Positions 28,201-38,100 of a DNA stretch of 64,000 nucleotides are shown here, piece by piece (within the stretch, counting starts at the first letter, position 1; every line of letters starts with the position of its first letter). Position numbers and translations under genes: made by a program. The DNA is taken from IMG/VR virus record IMGVR_UViG_3300027668_000008, positions 186,001 to 250,000 of that record, one strand, 5' to 3'. The notes under the pieces are model-generated. The model worked only from the letters and a program-made list of their open reading frames with translations, was not told the DNA's origin and searched no databases.

Positions 28201-29812
28201 TTCTTTTTACTACCATTACATATAAACCGTTCCACCATTTAGTTTTATCTTCTATATTATTAAGAATTAACTTTTCAAATTCTATTTTATAATTTGTGTT
28301 TAATATTCCTTGTTTACTACCATTAACAACTCCTTGCCAATTAGCATCATCGAATATTAATATGGCTTCATCTGCCCAATACTTACTATAATGTTCAACT
28401 GCTTTTGCCGTTAGTTCTTGGTCATGTGGACCATCATAGAAAAACAAATCGTACCCGTTGTCTTCTAATTTAACATTAAGCATATCGTCGTTATAAACTT
28501 TTAAATTTTTATAACTACTTGTATTGTTGTCAAACTGTTTCTTATTATTAGTTGGTAGTTTAAATTCTCCGCTTTCGGGATTGATATTTTCATTCCAATT
28601 ATCAACACAAGTTACTGGAATATTTGTATCTAAAACACTAATAGCGGTAGAGCCCATAGCACTACCTACTTCTAAATACATTATACTATCTTTTCCCAAT
28701 TGATGCAAGAGTTTTTTTACTCGTTCACTAGTTAATCCTTGTATGTTATTAGTATAGTCGTTGTTTTCATGCGATACTAGTGCTTGTACTAATGTTATTG
28801 CCTTGCTATTATTGACTTTTCCAGACTTACTTTCATAAACTTTATCGCAAAAATTACAATCCCAACAATCAAATTTACAAGTCTTAATTATTTTTCGCCA
28901 AGCATTTATTGGCTTGTCTTTTAAATTAGTATCATCAAGATATTGTTCGAATCCACTAACTAATATTTCCTTCTTGTTATGGTAATTTTCAACTATTTTT
29001 AGAGTTTCATAGAAACGTTTTATATTTTCTCTGCCATGCATTTTAAATACATCAACATACTTTGCTAGTTCTACCCAGTCTTCTCTCCATGGAGGAAAGT
29101 TTGCTTTCTTTAGATCTGAACTAGGGTCAGTAATATCCCATTTGGAACAACTTACTCTGCTGATAGGATCATTAAAATATTGAGGATTATCACCAACTCT
29201 GGTATTATTAAATTGAAAATGTTCTTCCATCATAGCACAACCTCCGGCACAACCTTCATTTGCTAATAAAGAAATTTTCATATCATACTTGTCCGCGGCT
29301 TTTCGTATACGAGCAAGACTATCGTGATCTCGCATTAAATCTCTATGCAAGTTTACATAATGAAATCCGTGTTTACCTAATTCAGCAACATCTTTAGCCG
29401 TTTGTACTTGTCTAAGAATTGTATTTTTTATTAAAAGTTTAGGAAACTTTTTCTGTATTTGTCCAGTTGCTACCCAATGTGTGTGAGGTATAGTTGCACT
29501 ATGTACTCCTGCATTATATAACTGATCGAAGTTATGTATCCACGTATCTAAATTGTCTTGCGAAGGTCTAACTTCAATATTATTAAATGTTGCACTTATA
29601 GGTATGCCTGTTGCTTCTTGTATTTTAAGTGCTACTGATATTAATTCATTTGTGTCAGAAGCAAACACATCACCCATAGCATCTTGCTCAAAAGGAGGCA
29701 TTCTACAAGTAAAGTAAATATCGTAAATCACTTCTCGATGATTAATACAAAAATCTACAAAATGTTGTAACTGGGTATTATTTAACTTTGGGTTAAGCGG
29801 TATACTGAACAT
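28187..29812 (-). CDS. U32-family Fe-S protein fused to a class I SAM methyltransferase
   Basis: N-terminal half: RDLMRD, LANEGCAGGC, VFKMHGRE, CKFDCWDCNFC. C-terminal half: YLEVGSAMGS, CVDNW, FFYDGPH, IFDD. Confidence 0.8.
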   Translation of the reverse strand: MFSIPLNPKLNNTQLQHFVDFCINHREVIYDIYFTCRMPPFEQDAMGDVFASDTNELISVALKIQEATGIPISATFNNIEVRPSQDNLDTWIHNFDQLYNAGVHSATIPHTHWVATGQIQKKFPKLLIKNTILRQVQTAKDVAELGKHGFHYVNLHRDLMRDHDSLARIRKAADKYDMKISLLANEGCAGGCAMMEEHFQFNNTRVGDNPQYFNDPISRVSCSKWDITDPSSDLKKANFPPWREDWVELAKYVDVFKMHGRENIKRFYETLKIVENYHNKKEILVSGFEQYLDDTNLKDKPINAWRKIIKTCKFDCWDCNFCDKVYESKSGKVNNSKAITLVQALVSHENNDYTNNIQGLTSERVKKLLHQLGKDSIMYLEVGSAMGSTAISVLDTNIPVTCVDNWNENINPESGEFKLPTNNKKQFDNNTSSYKNLKVYNDDMLNVKLEDNGYDLFFYDGPHDQELTAKAVEHYSKYWADEAILIFDDANWQGVVNGSKQGILNTNYKIEFEKLILNNIEDKTKWWNGLYVMVVKRNEQI

Positions 29813-29818
29813 TGAGCC

Positions 29819-30544
29819 TTACACATTAAGTTGTGCGGCAGTCGTCGTTCCTGTACTTGTTTGTAATGCTACTGGCATTGTCATTTCGAATCTTTGATGC
29901 ATTAATACAAAACAGGCGCTGATGTCTGCACAATTTTTGATTTCCGTTTCTACGACTTGTTTACTTGCTAGTAAAGTTCTAACTTTTCCATCGTGATTAT
30001 TGATTGCTTGTCCTATTAGCCTTGCCATGTCTGCTTTTTCGATTCCTCTACTTGTTGCTAGTGCGTCAAGTAACGGAACAGTGGCTGAATTATTTTTATT
30101 ATACTTGATATAATCTGATTTTTGCTTATCCCAAGTACTACTTTCTAATACACTAACATTAATATTTAGTGCTTGTAATCTATGGTCATAAATTTCATCT
30201 AATTGTTTACGCATAACTGCTTTCATAAAAGCAGTACAATTTGTAACGTCATCAGTTGTTAATGTATATTTTTCTTTTTCGCCTGTGGGTTCTGAACTTT
30301 CGTGTAACCCCATTTGTTCATCTTCAAGTGTACCCGGTCTAATGCTTACATGACCTTTCCAGCCTTGTGTTAGTAACCATGCTTTTGCAACGGCGTCTGT
30401 CAATATCGTTGGCTCTAAATGTAAATAAGGTATGATGTCTTTGTGTGTATCAGGTATAAATCCTACACAGTAATTTAAATATCTGCCATATATTTTTACA
30501 GGACCTAATTCTTTTTGTGTTTTCATTTTAAATAAAATATACAT
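29819..30544 (-). CDS. Putative tail fibre assembly / chaperone-like protein
   Basis: ESSTWDKQ...PLLDALATSRGI motif of fibre-associated proteins; follows the fibre gene; start set at ATG 30544. Confidence 0.55.
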   Translation of the reverse strand: MYILFKMKTQKELGPVKIYGRYLNYCVGFIPDTHKDIIPYLHLEPTILTDAVAKAWLLTQGWKGHVSIRPGTLEDEQMGLHESSEPTGEKEKYTLTTDDVTNCTAFMKAVMRKQLDEIYDHRLQALNINVSVLESSTWDKQKSDYIKYNKNNSATVPLLDALATSRGIEKADMARLIGQAINNHDGKVRTLLASKQVVETEIKNCADISACFVLMHQRFEMTMPVALQTSTGTTTAAQLNV

Positions 30545-30546
30545 AA

Positions 30547-32415
30547 TTATGCTCTCCAAACACAGTGTCCTGAGCTTCCGCCTGCTACGCCTGTTCTTAC
30601 TGATCCAGAACCTAGTTCAGTTCCTGAGTTAGTTGCATATGTCCACTTCCAACCTCTGTTGTTCTGTGAACCATCATAATTACCCATACTATACTGATGT
30701 GCTTGTCCCATATCTAAATTTTCTTCCCCACAGTTTGTAATTGGTTTAGTAACTGTTGTTGTAACTGTTTCCGATGAGTAACTCCATACTCTTACATTAT
30801 TACCACCATTGTAACTTCCTTCGTTGCCAGCATAACCATAACCTAGTTTGTCTGCCCAACCTTTTTGCTGACTGTTAATACCCGGTTTATTAGTTGGTGT
30901 TGTCATTGTAACTTGTGTGCCTGTTGACCAAACAAATTTTCTACAATCATTTACATCTTGCCAAACATAACCATAATTTTCACCACTGTGACTTGCACAA
31001 CCTGACTGCATAGCATCACCACTTAATGAATCCTGTCCTTGGTCAGAATACATAGTTCCGTTTGCTAAATTCATAACATCTACGTTTGCATTACCACCGC
31101 CTACAATCCAAGCCTTTTCGTGTTCTTTAAATAGTGTAGCACAATCGTTTCTTCCCCATTGCAGATTTGGTCCATTACCGCCAGTGTAGGTTGACATATG
31201 GAAATTTGTTGTTGCCGCACTAGTACCTGGCCAAGTGTCATCTGCACTCCAAAGATACCCATGTGTTAGTGTACATACACCGGAAGTATATGCCGCGGCA
31301 TAGGTCAGTACATCACCATTATTAGTCATAACGTCAGTTGCATGAACCATTGTGTTTACGTTTTTCCACGGACTTGAACTTTGGTAACCGCCCATAACAA
31401 ATCCAGTTGTAATAACTTGTCTTGTTAAGAAAGGTTGTGCTCCGCTACTTCCAGCGGCTTCGACCCAATCACTGCCATCATATAACATTAATTTTTTTGT
31501 ACCACTGTTATAGTAAACTTGTCCTGCCGCTAAATTACTTGACGGATCACTCGACAATGATTTAAAATCAACCGGTCCACCAAATTGCGGTGTTGTATCT
31601 TCAATAATATTAGATATACCTGCTGACTGAATAGAACTAATAGAAGTAAATCCAAAGTTACCACTTCCATCTGTTTTTAAAACCATGTTTGCAGATCCAT
31701 CACTAATACTTAAATCAGTTAATGCAGTTGGTATAGTGGGTTTGTTAGATAAATCATTATAACTAATTGTAACACCAGTTAAATTACTTGTATTTGTTTG
31801 TATTGCGTTACCCATGTATGCATGATTTTCGCATTGGTAATGAAGTACAGGTGGCGTATCATCTGTGATTGTAATTTCTGTATAGGCTCCGGCTTGACCG
31901 GCTGTTCCATTTTGTGTTACGTTTGTTGTATATGCAGAAGTTTTATCTGCTTTTAAGAAAAATCTAATTGCGTGAGTATTATTACTACTATGTGAAGTAT
32001 CAAATCTATATGCTCTTCCAGGAGTAAACACAAAATATGGTGCTTGAATTCCGTCCATAAAGTATCCTTTAGACGATCCTGTACCGTTGTATCTGTGTGT
32101 TGCAGTTTTGTCTAAAGATTGTACTATAATATCAATTCTACTTCCAAAAGGTCTTGCGTGTGATCCTGCGTCAACATATGCTTTAATAGATTGTTGTGTG
32201 GCTAAATGCTCGTCCGAATCAGATGTCATAGCATCTTCGTCTTTAACAGCACTACCTGAAACAGATGTATCTAATTGTGCATTTGTTAAAATTGGGGAAG
32301 AATTTGCTGTATTTAATTGTTGCCATACAGAGTCTGTACTGTTGTAAACAAAACTTACTCCACCTACAACTACTACTGTCCCGTTTGATGGACTTGCTGG
32401 AAATGTTGCCGCCAT
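30547..32415 (-). CDS. Virion fibre/adhesin with cupredoxin-like and beta-propeller-like domains
   Basis: FPASPSNG start, LATQQSIKAYVD and LHYQCENHAYMG motifs, repeated GFVMGG/GYAG blades. Confidence 0.7.
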   Translation of the reverse strand: MAATFPASPSNGTVVVVGGVSFVYNSTDSVWQQLNTANSSPILTNAQLDTSVSGSAVKDEDAMTSDSDEHLATQQSIKAYVDAGSHARPFGSRIDIIVQSLDKTATHRYNGTGSSKGYFMDGIQAPYFVFTPGRAYRFDTSHSSNNTHAIRFFLKADKTSAYTTNVTQNGTAGQAGAYTEITITDDTPPVLHYQCENHAYMGNAIQTNTSNLTGVTISYNDLSNKPTIPTALTDLSISDGSANMVLKTDGSGNFGFTSISSIQSAGISNIIEDTTPQFGGPVDFKSLSSDPSSNLAAGQVYYNSGTKKLMLYDGSDWVEAAGSSGAQPFLTRQVITTGFVMGGYQSSSPWKNVNTMVHATDVMTNNGDVLTYAAAYTSGVCTLTHGYLWSADDTWPGTSAATTNFHMSTYTGGNGPNLQWGRNDCATLFKEHEKAWIVGGGNANVDVMNLANGTMYSDQGQDSLSGDAMQSGCASHSGENYGYVWQDVNDCRKFVWSTGTQVTMTTPTNKPGINSQQKGWADKLGYGYAGNEGSYNGGNNVRVWSYSSETVTTTVTKPITNCGEENLDMGQAHQYSMGNYDGSQNNRGWKWTYATNSGTELGSGSVRTGVAGGSSGHCVWRA

Positions 32416-32418
32416 AAT

Positions 32419-34020
32419 TTAACTCCTCTTTAACAGTACTTCTACTGTATCTTGTTCATCGACTTTGTTATTTAACGCCAAACCGATAATACAGCCTGGT
32501 TGATAATTGCCACTAAATTTTGTTGCATATCCTTTAATTTCGCTAGATGTTAACATATCACCCTTTTCAATGTGTCCAACTACTTTAATTGGAACTCGTC
32601 CTACAAAACCTACACAAACTGGATGTTCTGCATCTATATCTTTATTCATTAAGTAAGCAGGTTTATCAGAAACAACGCCTGCTATTTGTGAACTAGCATA
32701 TTTGCCACACTCTGTAACTTCGTGTGTTCCGCCTACTATAACCACTGTGCCTACTTCATAATCTTTATCACCTGCATACATCTCTGCCAAGTCAGCATAC
32801 TGTGCCGATGATGCTTTACCTGAAAATGCTACTGCGTGAATCTCTTTAAACTGTTTTGCAGAAGAACCTAAATCTCTAGTATTATCTCCATCTGGTAAAA
32901 TAACACCTGTTACCGCAACTGTTCCATCTAACATTGGACCACTTTGTCCAGGTGACCACTCTACCCATTGTTTAGTAGTACCGTCATTAATGTATTTGTA
33001 AAAGTTACCATTATCAGTATCGTACCATTCGTCGCCGTCTGCTGGACTACTTGGTGCTCCAGAACTTGCAACATACGTTGTTGCACTTCCGCCTGTGCCG
33101 TTAACCCATGCACTACCGTTGTATTTTAATACTTGGTCTGTTTGCAGACTTGATATTGTTACATCTGCTAGTGTACCTAAATTTGAACTTGTTAAATCTG
33201 CTAGTGCACCAATACCTGCCGCTGTTGGTGGAGAGTATGTAAACACACCTGTACTATTGTTGTATGCAATAGAACCGTCACCACTTGCACTTCCTTCTGC
33301 ACCGACTGATAAATCTGTTAATGCAATTCCGCCTGCATCTGCGGCATTTACCCAAGCACTACCATTGTATTTTAATACTTGTCCGTTACTTACACTTGAT
33401 ATTGTTACGCCTGTTAGTTCGTTTAATTCGTTTACTTCAGCAGTATTAACCCAAGCACTTCCGTTGTATTTTAAAATTTGTCCTGTACTTGCACCAGATA
33501 GTGTTACGTCTGTTAATTCTCCAATTTCATTTGTTGAAGCAATTAATCCATCGACATAGGCTTTATTTGCCGCATCTGTATTTGCAGTAGGTGTTCCTAA
33601 TTCAGTTAGTTTAATACCATTTAAATCTATTGTTGTGTTACTATCGATTTTAATATTACTATTTGTAAATCTTACATCTTCATTTTTAAATCTTACTTTT
33701 TTATCAAATACGTTATCAAAATCATCATCATCACTATCATAATCAGATATAGAACTTGCAACCATAGTTTTAGTTGCTAGTACAGAAATATTTCTTTCAA
33801 TATCTTCTAATCTTCTTAAGTCTGATTTTGATCCACCAAATACAATATCGTCATCTTGTATATCACCTTCAGCAAAAGATTCAATATCACCATTCTTTTT
33901 ATAACGCCAAAGTTTCGAATCAACTGATGCTCCACTTAATTCTGCTGATTTTAATGAATGTAGATCCTCGAAAGATCTCATCTGTCCATTAATTTTTATT
34001 TTTCTTCCGCCTCTAGCCAT
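32419..34020 (-). CDS. Tail fibre protein with C-terminal autocleaving chaperone-like domain
   Basis: Three (G/D)Q(I/V)LKYNGSAWVN repeats; SAQYADLAEMY...GRVPIKV. Confidence 0.75.
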   Translation of the reverse strand: MARGGRKIKINGQMRSFEDLHSLKSAELSGASVDSKLWRYKKNGDIESFAEGDIQDDDIVFGGSKSDLRRLEDIERNISVLATKTMVASSISDYDSDDDDFDNVFDKKVRFKNEDVRFTNSNIKIDSNTTIDLNGIKLTELGTPTANTDAANKAYVDGLIASTNEIGELTDVTLSGASTGQILKYNGSAWVNTAEVNELNELTGVTISSVSNGQVLKYNGSAWVNAADAGGIALTDLSVGAEGSASGDGSIAYNNSTGVFTYSPPTAAGIGALADLTSSNLGTLADVTISSLQTDQVLKYNGSAWVNGTGGSATTYVASSGAPSSPADGDEWYDTDNGNFYKYINDGTTKQWVEWSPGQSGPMLDGTVAVTGVILPDGDNTRDLGSSAKQFKEIHAVAFSGKASSAQYADLAEMYAGDKDYEVGTVVIVGGTHEVTECGKYASSQIAGVVSDKPAYLMNKDIDAEHPVCVGFVGRVPIKVVGHIEKGDMLTSSEIKGYATKFSGNYQPGCIIGLALNNKVDEQDTVEVLLKRS

Positions 34021-34988
34021 TATACTTTAAATCCTGTAACTTCTAATTGGTCATCTGTATCTATTATACCAATATTTATCGTTAATGTTGATCCCGACAC
34101 ACTGAACTCAGCGGGCCTTAAAAGCATTCTATTCATATAAACATTGAAATGAACCGCTGTATTTAAATCACTAAATGTATATGTAACTTGAGCTGAAACA
34201 TTTGTTGATGCTTCACCTGTTGTTACTGTTTGTACTGCACTATGAAATCTTGTAAAACTGTTTGTAAGAGCAACTGTGCCTGTTGCATCAGGTAATGTAA
34301 TTGTTCTGTCTGCTGTTGGATCTGTTAATGTAACTGTAGTTTCGTGTGCATTACCTGTTGGTCCTTCAAATTTTAAAGTTGCGCCTGCATTAATATATAA
34401 TCCGTTTTCGTTAATTCTTACAATGTTATCTTGTGTACCATTGTTCATTACTGTAAACTCTAAAGTACCATCTTCGCTACCATCAGTAACATCACTTGAT
34501 TTAGCACTAATTTTACCATAGATTACAGTTTGATCTGTAGAGTTTCTTCCTTTAAATTTTAATTGCCCTAAGTAATCTGCATTAAATGGAGAAACACTAT
34601 TTCTATCTAATTCTATAATTGGTCCAGCGTCTGATCCGCTTTCTGTAGAAGTTAAACTTCCGCCATCAGTAATTGCTGTAAACAACCCTGAAGTAATTCC
34701 TGTTAAGTTAGAACCGTCACCATGAAATGCGTTTGCTTGTATATCTGTATAGCCGACAATAGTAACATCACCGTTAGTTGTTCCATCTTCAGCGGTGGTA
34801 ATTGCAACAAATCTATCTGCAGATTCGTCCCACATTAATGCAACATTTGTATCGTCGCCTCGCTCTAATACTATACCTGTATCTTTATTGTTGCTTCCAG
34901 TTTGTCCACTATTAAGCCGTATTAAGGGATCGGTAAGGTTTGTTACATCGAAGTTTACCTGAGCGGCTTTAGGTCTTGTTAATGGCAT
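34020..34988 (-). CDS. Virion structural / fibre protein
   Basis: DPLIRLN, WDESADRF and PTADRTITLPDATGTV motifs. Confidence 0.7.
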   Translation of the reverse strand: MPLTRPKAAQVNFDVTNLTDPLIRLNSGQTGSNNKDTGIVLERGDDTNVALMWDESADRFVAITTAEDGTTNGDVTIVGYTDIQANAFHGDGSNLTGITSGLFTAITDGGSLTSTESGSDAGPIIELDRNSVSPFNADYLGQLKFKGRNSTDQTVIYGKISAKSSDVTDGSEDGTLEFTVMNNGTQDNIVRINENGLYINAGATLKFEGPTGNAHETTVTLTDPTADRTITLPDATGTVALTNSFTRFHSAVQTVTTGEASTNVSAQVTYTFSDLNTAVHFNVYMNRMLLRPAEFSVSGSTLTINIGIIDTDDQLEVTGFKV

Positions 34989-35061
34989 CTATGTCTTCCT
35001 ACTGTCAGTATATGCTATATTCTATAGTATTTATGTCTTAATGGTCCTTGACAATCTAGTC

Positions 35062-35089
35062 AAAAAGAAAGGCCCCGTAGGGCCTTTCT
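35062..35089 (-). terminator. Rho-independent terminator
   Basis: AGAAAGGCCC-TACG-GGGCCTTTCT followed by TTTT. Confidence 0.88.
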
Positions 35090-35118
35090 CCTATATTAGT
35101 ATAAGTCTTTAGTATGGA

Positions 35119-38100
35119 TTACATACGTCCAACAACAACTTCAATTACGCCTTCGCCTTCTGCGTGATTTTCAAGTGCTTTACCAATAACAGTACCCATT
35201 GCAGGATTTTCTTCTGCACGAGCCATTCCGTTACCAGCCGCTACAAGCATATCACCTTTAGCAACTGCACCAGTTACTTTACATGGAACTCTTCCTTGTA
35301 ATGCTACTGCTACGCCGTCTGCGTCACTGTTCATTAAGTAAGCAGGATTTGTTGAAACAACACCAGCAATTTTCTTGTCTGCATCTTGCATACAAGTTGT
35401 TACTTCATGTTCTCCACCAAAACATACTACTGTTCCTGGTTCAATATCTGCATCTGCAGAGTACATCTCTGCCAAGTCAGCGTATTGTGCCGAAGTTGCA
35501 GTTCCACTAAACACACCAGTCGATAATGTAATACCTGAACTGTTGAATGTAGTGTGTGCCGCATTATCAAGTGTAACAACCGCAGTACCTGTACCACTGT
35601 CAGTGACTTCAATCTTACTGTCACCTTCTGAGATACTGTCCTGTGATAAACCAGCAAGTCCGCCGTCAACATAACCTTTAGTAGCCGCATCGCTTGAAGC
35701 AGTCGGTGTTGCTACACTAGTTAGACGTTGTGAGTTTGCATTTAAGATACCACCAAGTGTCAAAGTATATGAACCACTAATTGTCAAGTTTTCAGCAATC
35801 ACATCACCTGTGAATGTTCCACCTGCCAATGGCATTTTAGTAGCAAGACTGCTTGTAACAGTTCCACTAAAGTTTGCATCGTCACCTAAAGCCGCCGCCA
35901 GTTCGTTAAGTGTATCTAACGCACCTGGAGCCGAATCAACAAGAGAATCAATTTTTGCTTGTGCTCTTGCATCTGCTCTAGCATTTGTGAAGTACAAGTT
36001 AGTTGAACCTTCTGTCATTTCATCAGTGTTGTCTTTAGTTGCGATTTGACTCGTAACATAAGCCTTGATTGATTGTTGTGTAGCCAATGCTGTTGCACTG
36101 TCAGAACCCATTGCATCTTCATCTAAGATTGCAGTAATTCTGGCACCACTTGCACCTGCTATACCACTTGAGTTGATTGTGAACATTTCAGTACCAGCCG
36201 CATCAAAACGGATTGTATCATCATCTGTACCTTCTTCAACTTGTATTTGCGTATCACCATCTTGGTCAGCAATGCCAACTATTGTAGATGTTGTAGTTAA
36301 TACACGAGCGTCAATAACATCACCAGTTGCCGGAGCCTCTGTAAATGTTAATGTTGTTCCACTTACTGCGTATGCAGTAGTTGGGATCTGTACAACACCG
36401 TTTAGAGACACGATAGTAGTTGCAGTTGTACCAGTTACACTTAATGTAAATGCTACTGTACTTGCATCACCATTGAAGGCATCTGCCGCGATTGTTGTAA
36501 AGTCAGCGCCTGAGTTCCACTCACCACCAGTGTAAACTTCAAGTGTGCCAGATGTAGAGTTAAATCTATACTGACCAATACTTGGAGATGCTGGACGTTG
36601 AGCAGTTGTACCAACTGGAAGTCTTACAGAGTCTGTAGAGTCTACAACTAGGCTTGAGCCTGCTACTGTAGATGTTCCACCAACACTTAATGTTCCAGCG
36701 TTTGTACTATTACCACTTGCTGTTATTGTTGTAACTGTTGCCGCCGCTGGTGTGTTGCCACCCAATACGCCATCAACTGCACCTGTGTGTGCACCTGCTG
36801 AATCACCAGTTAAATCACCAGTAATATTACCTGCAAAGTTAGTATTTGCTGTAATAACAGTACCTGTAACAGCCGCAGGAGTATTACCACCTACAACGCC
36901 GTCTTGTGTTCCTGTTACATTACCTGCTACATTACCAGTTACGTTACCAGTAATATTACCTGCAAAGTTAGTACTTGCTGTAATTACTGTACCATTAACT
37001 GTTGTACCTGTAATCGCCGCCGCAGTGTTGGCACCAATAATCGCACCGTCAATCGCACCGCCGTTTACGTCAACTGTTGCGAACGTTGAAGTTCCAGTTG
37101 AAGTTACATCACCAGATACTGCGCCTGTGTGAACACCTGCACTGTTACCAGTTAAGTTACCTGCTACATCACCAGTTACGTCACCTGTAATATCACCAAC
37201 AAAATTAGTATTTGCTGTGATTACTGTACCAGTTACCGCGGCAGGAGTATTACCACCTACTACGCCATCAACTGCACCTGTGTGTGCACCTGCACTGTTA
37301 CCAGTTACGTTACCTGTTAAAGCACCTACAAAACTAGTTGCCGATAAAGCACCAGTTCCACTGTTGAACGTTAATGAAGCCGCATCTGACAATTCGCCAT
37401 TTGCACCTGAAAACGTTACTCTAGTGTTTGTAAGATCTGCTACTCTCATACTACCGAAAGCCGCCGCACCTAGATCACCACTGAACACACTTGATGTGTC
37501 AGTTGCATCTGCGATGAATACGAATTCAGTTGCTGATGTATCTAAACCAAAATAGCCTTTTTTCGCAGAGCCATCGTTGTGTAGATATGTAATACCTCTA
37601 TCTAAGTTATCATTACTGTCAGCACCCACTTGGAATACCGGATCAGCAATAGTAACAACTGTTGAATCAACAGTAGTAGTTGTACCTGTAACAGTTAAAC
37701 TACCTTCGATAGTAACTGTTCCGCCTGATCCACCTGGATTAGGGTCAATAGTTAAATTACCTGAAGTAGTTTTGATTGTGTTTGCATCAATATTGATGTT
37801 ACCCATAGTTAAACCATCTGAATTGATAGTTCCTTCTGATGCACCGTCAATGTTAAATGTTATTAAACCATTTGAACCACTATCAGTAACTGTAACATCA
37901 CTGTTTAATTGGTTAATGGCGTTTGCCGCACCTGATAACTGTGAATCAACATAGGCTTTAGTAGCCGCGTGTTGGTTCGCTGTTGGATCAGTTACGTTTG
38001 TTACTTGATTAGAACCAGCATCAATAGTACCGCCTGCTGTAATAGTAGTAAATGTACCAGCCGCCGGTGTATTACCACCAACAACACCATCTTGTGTTCC

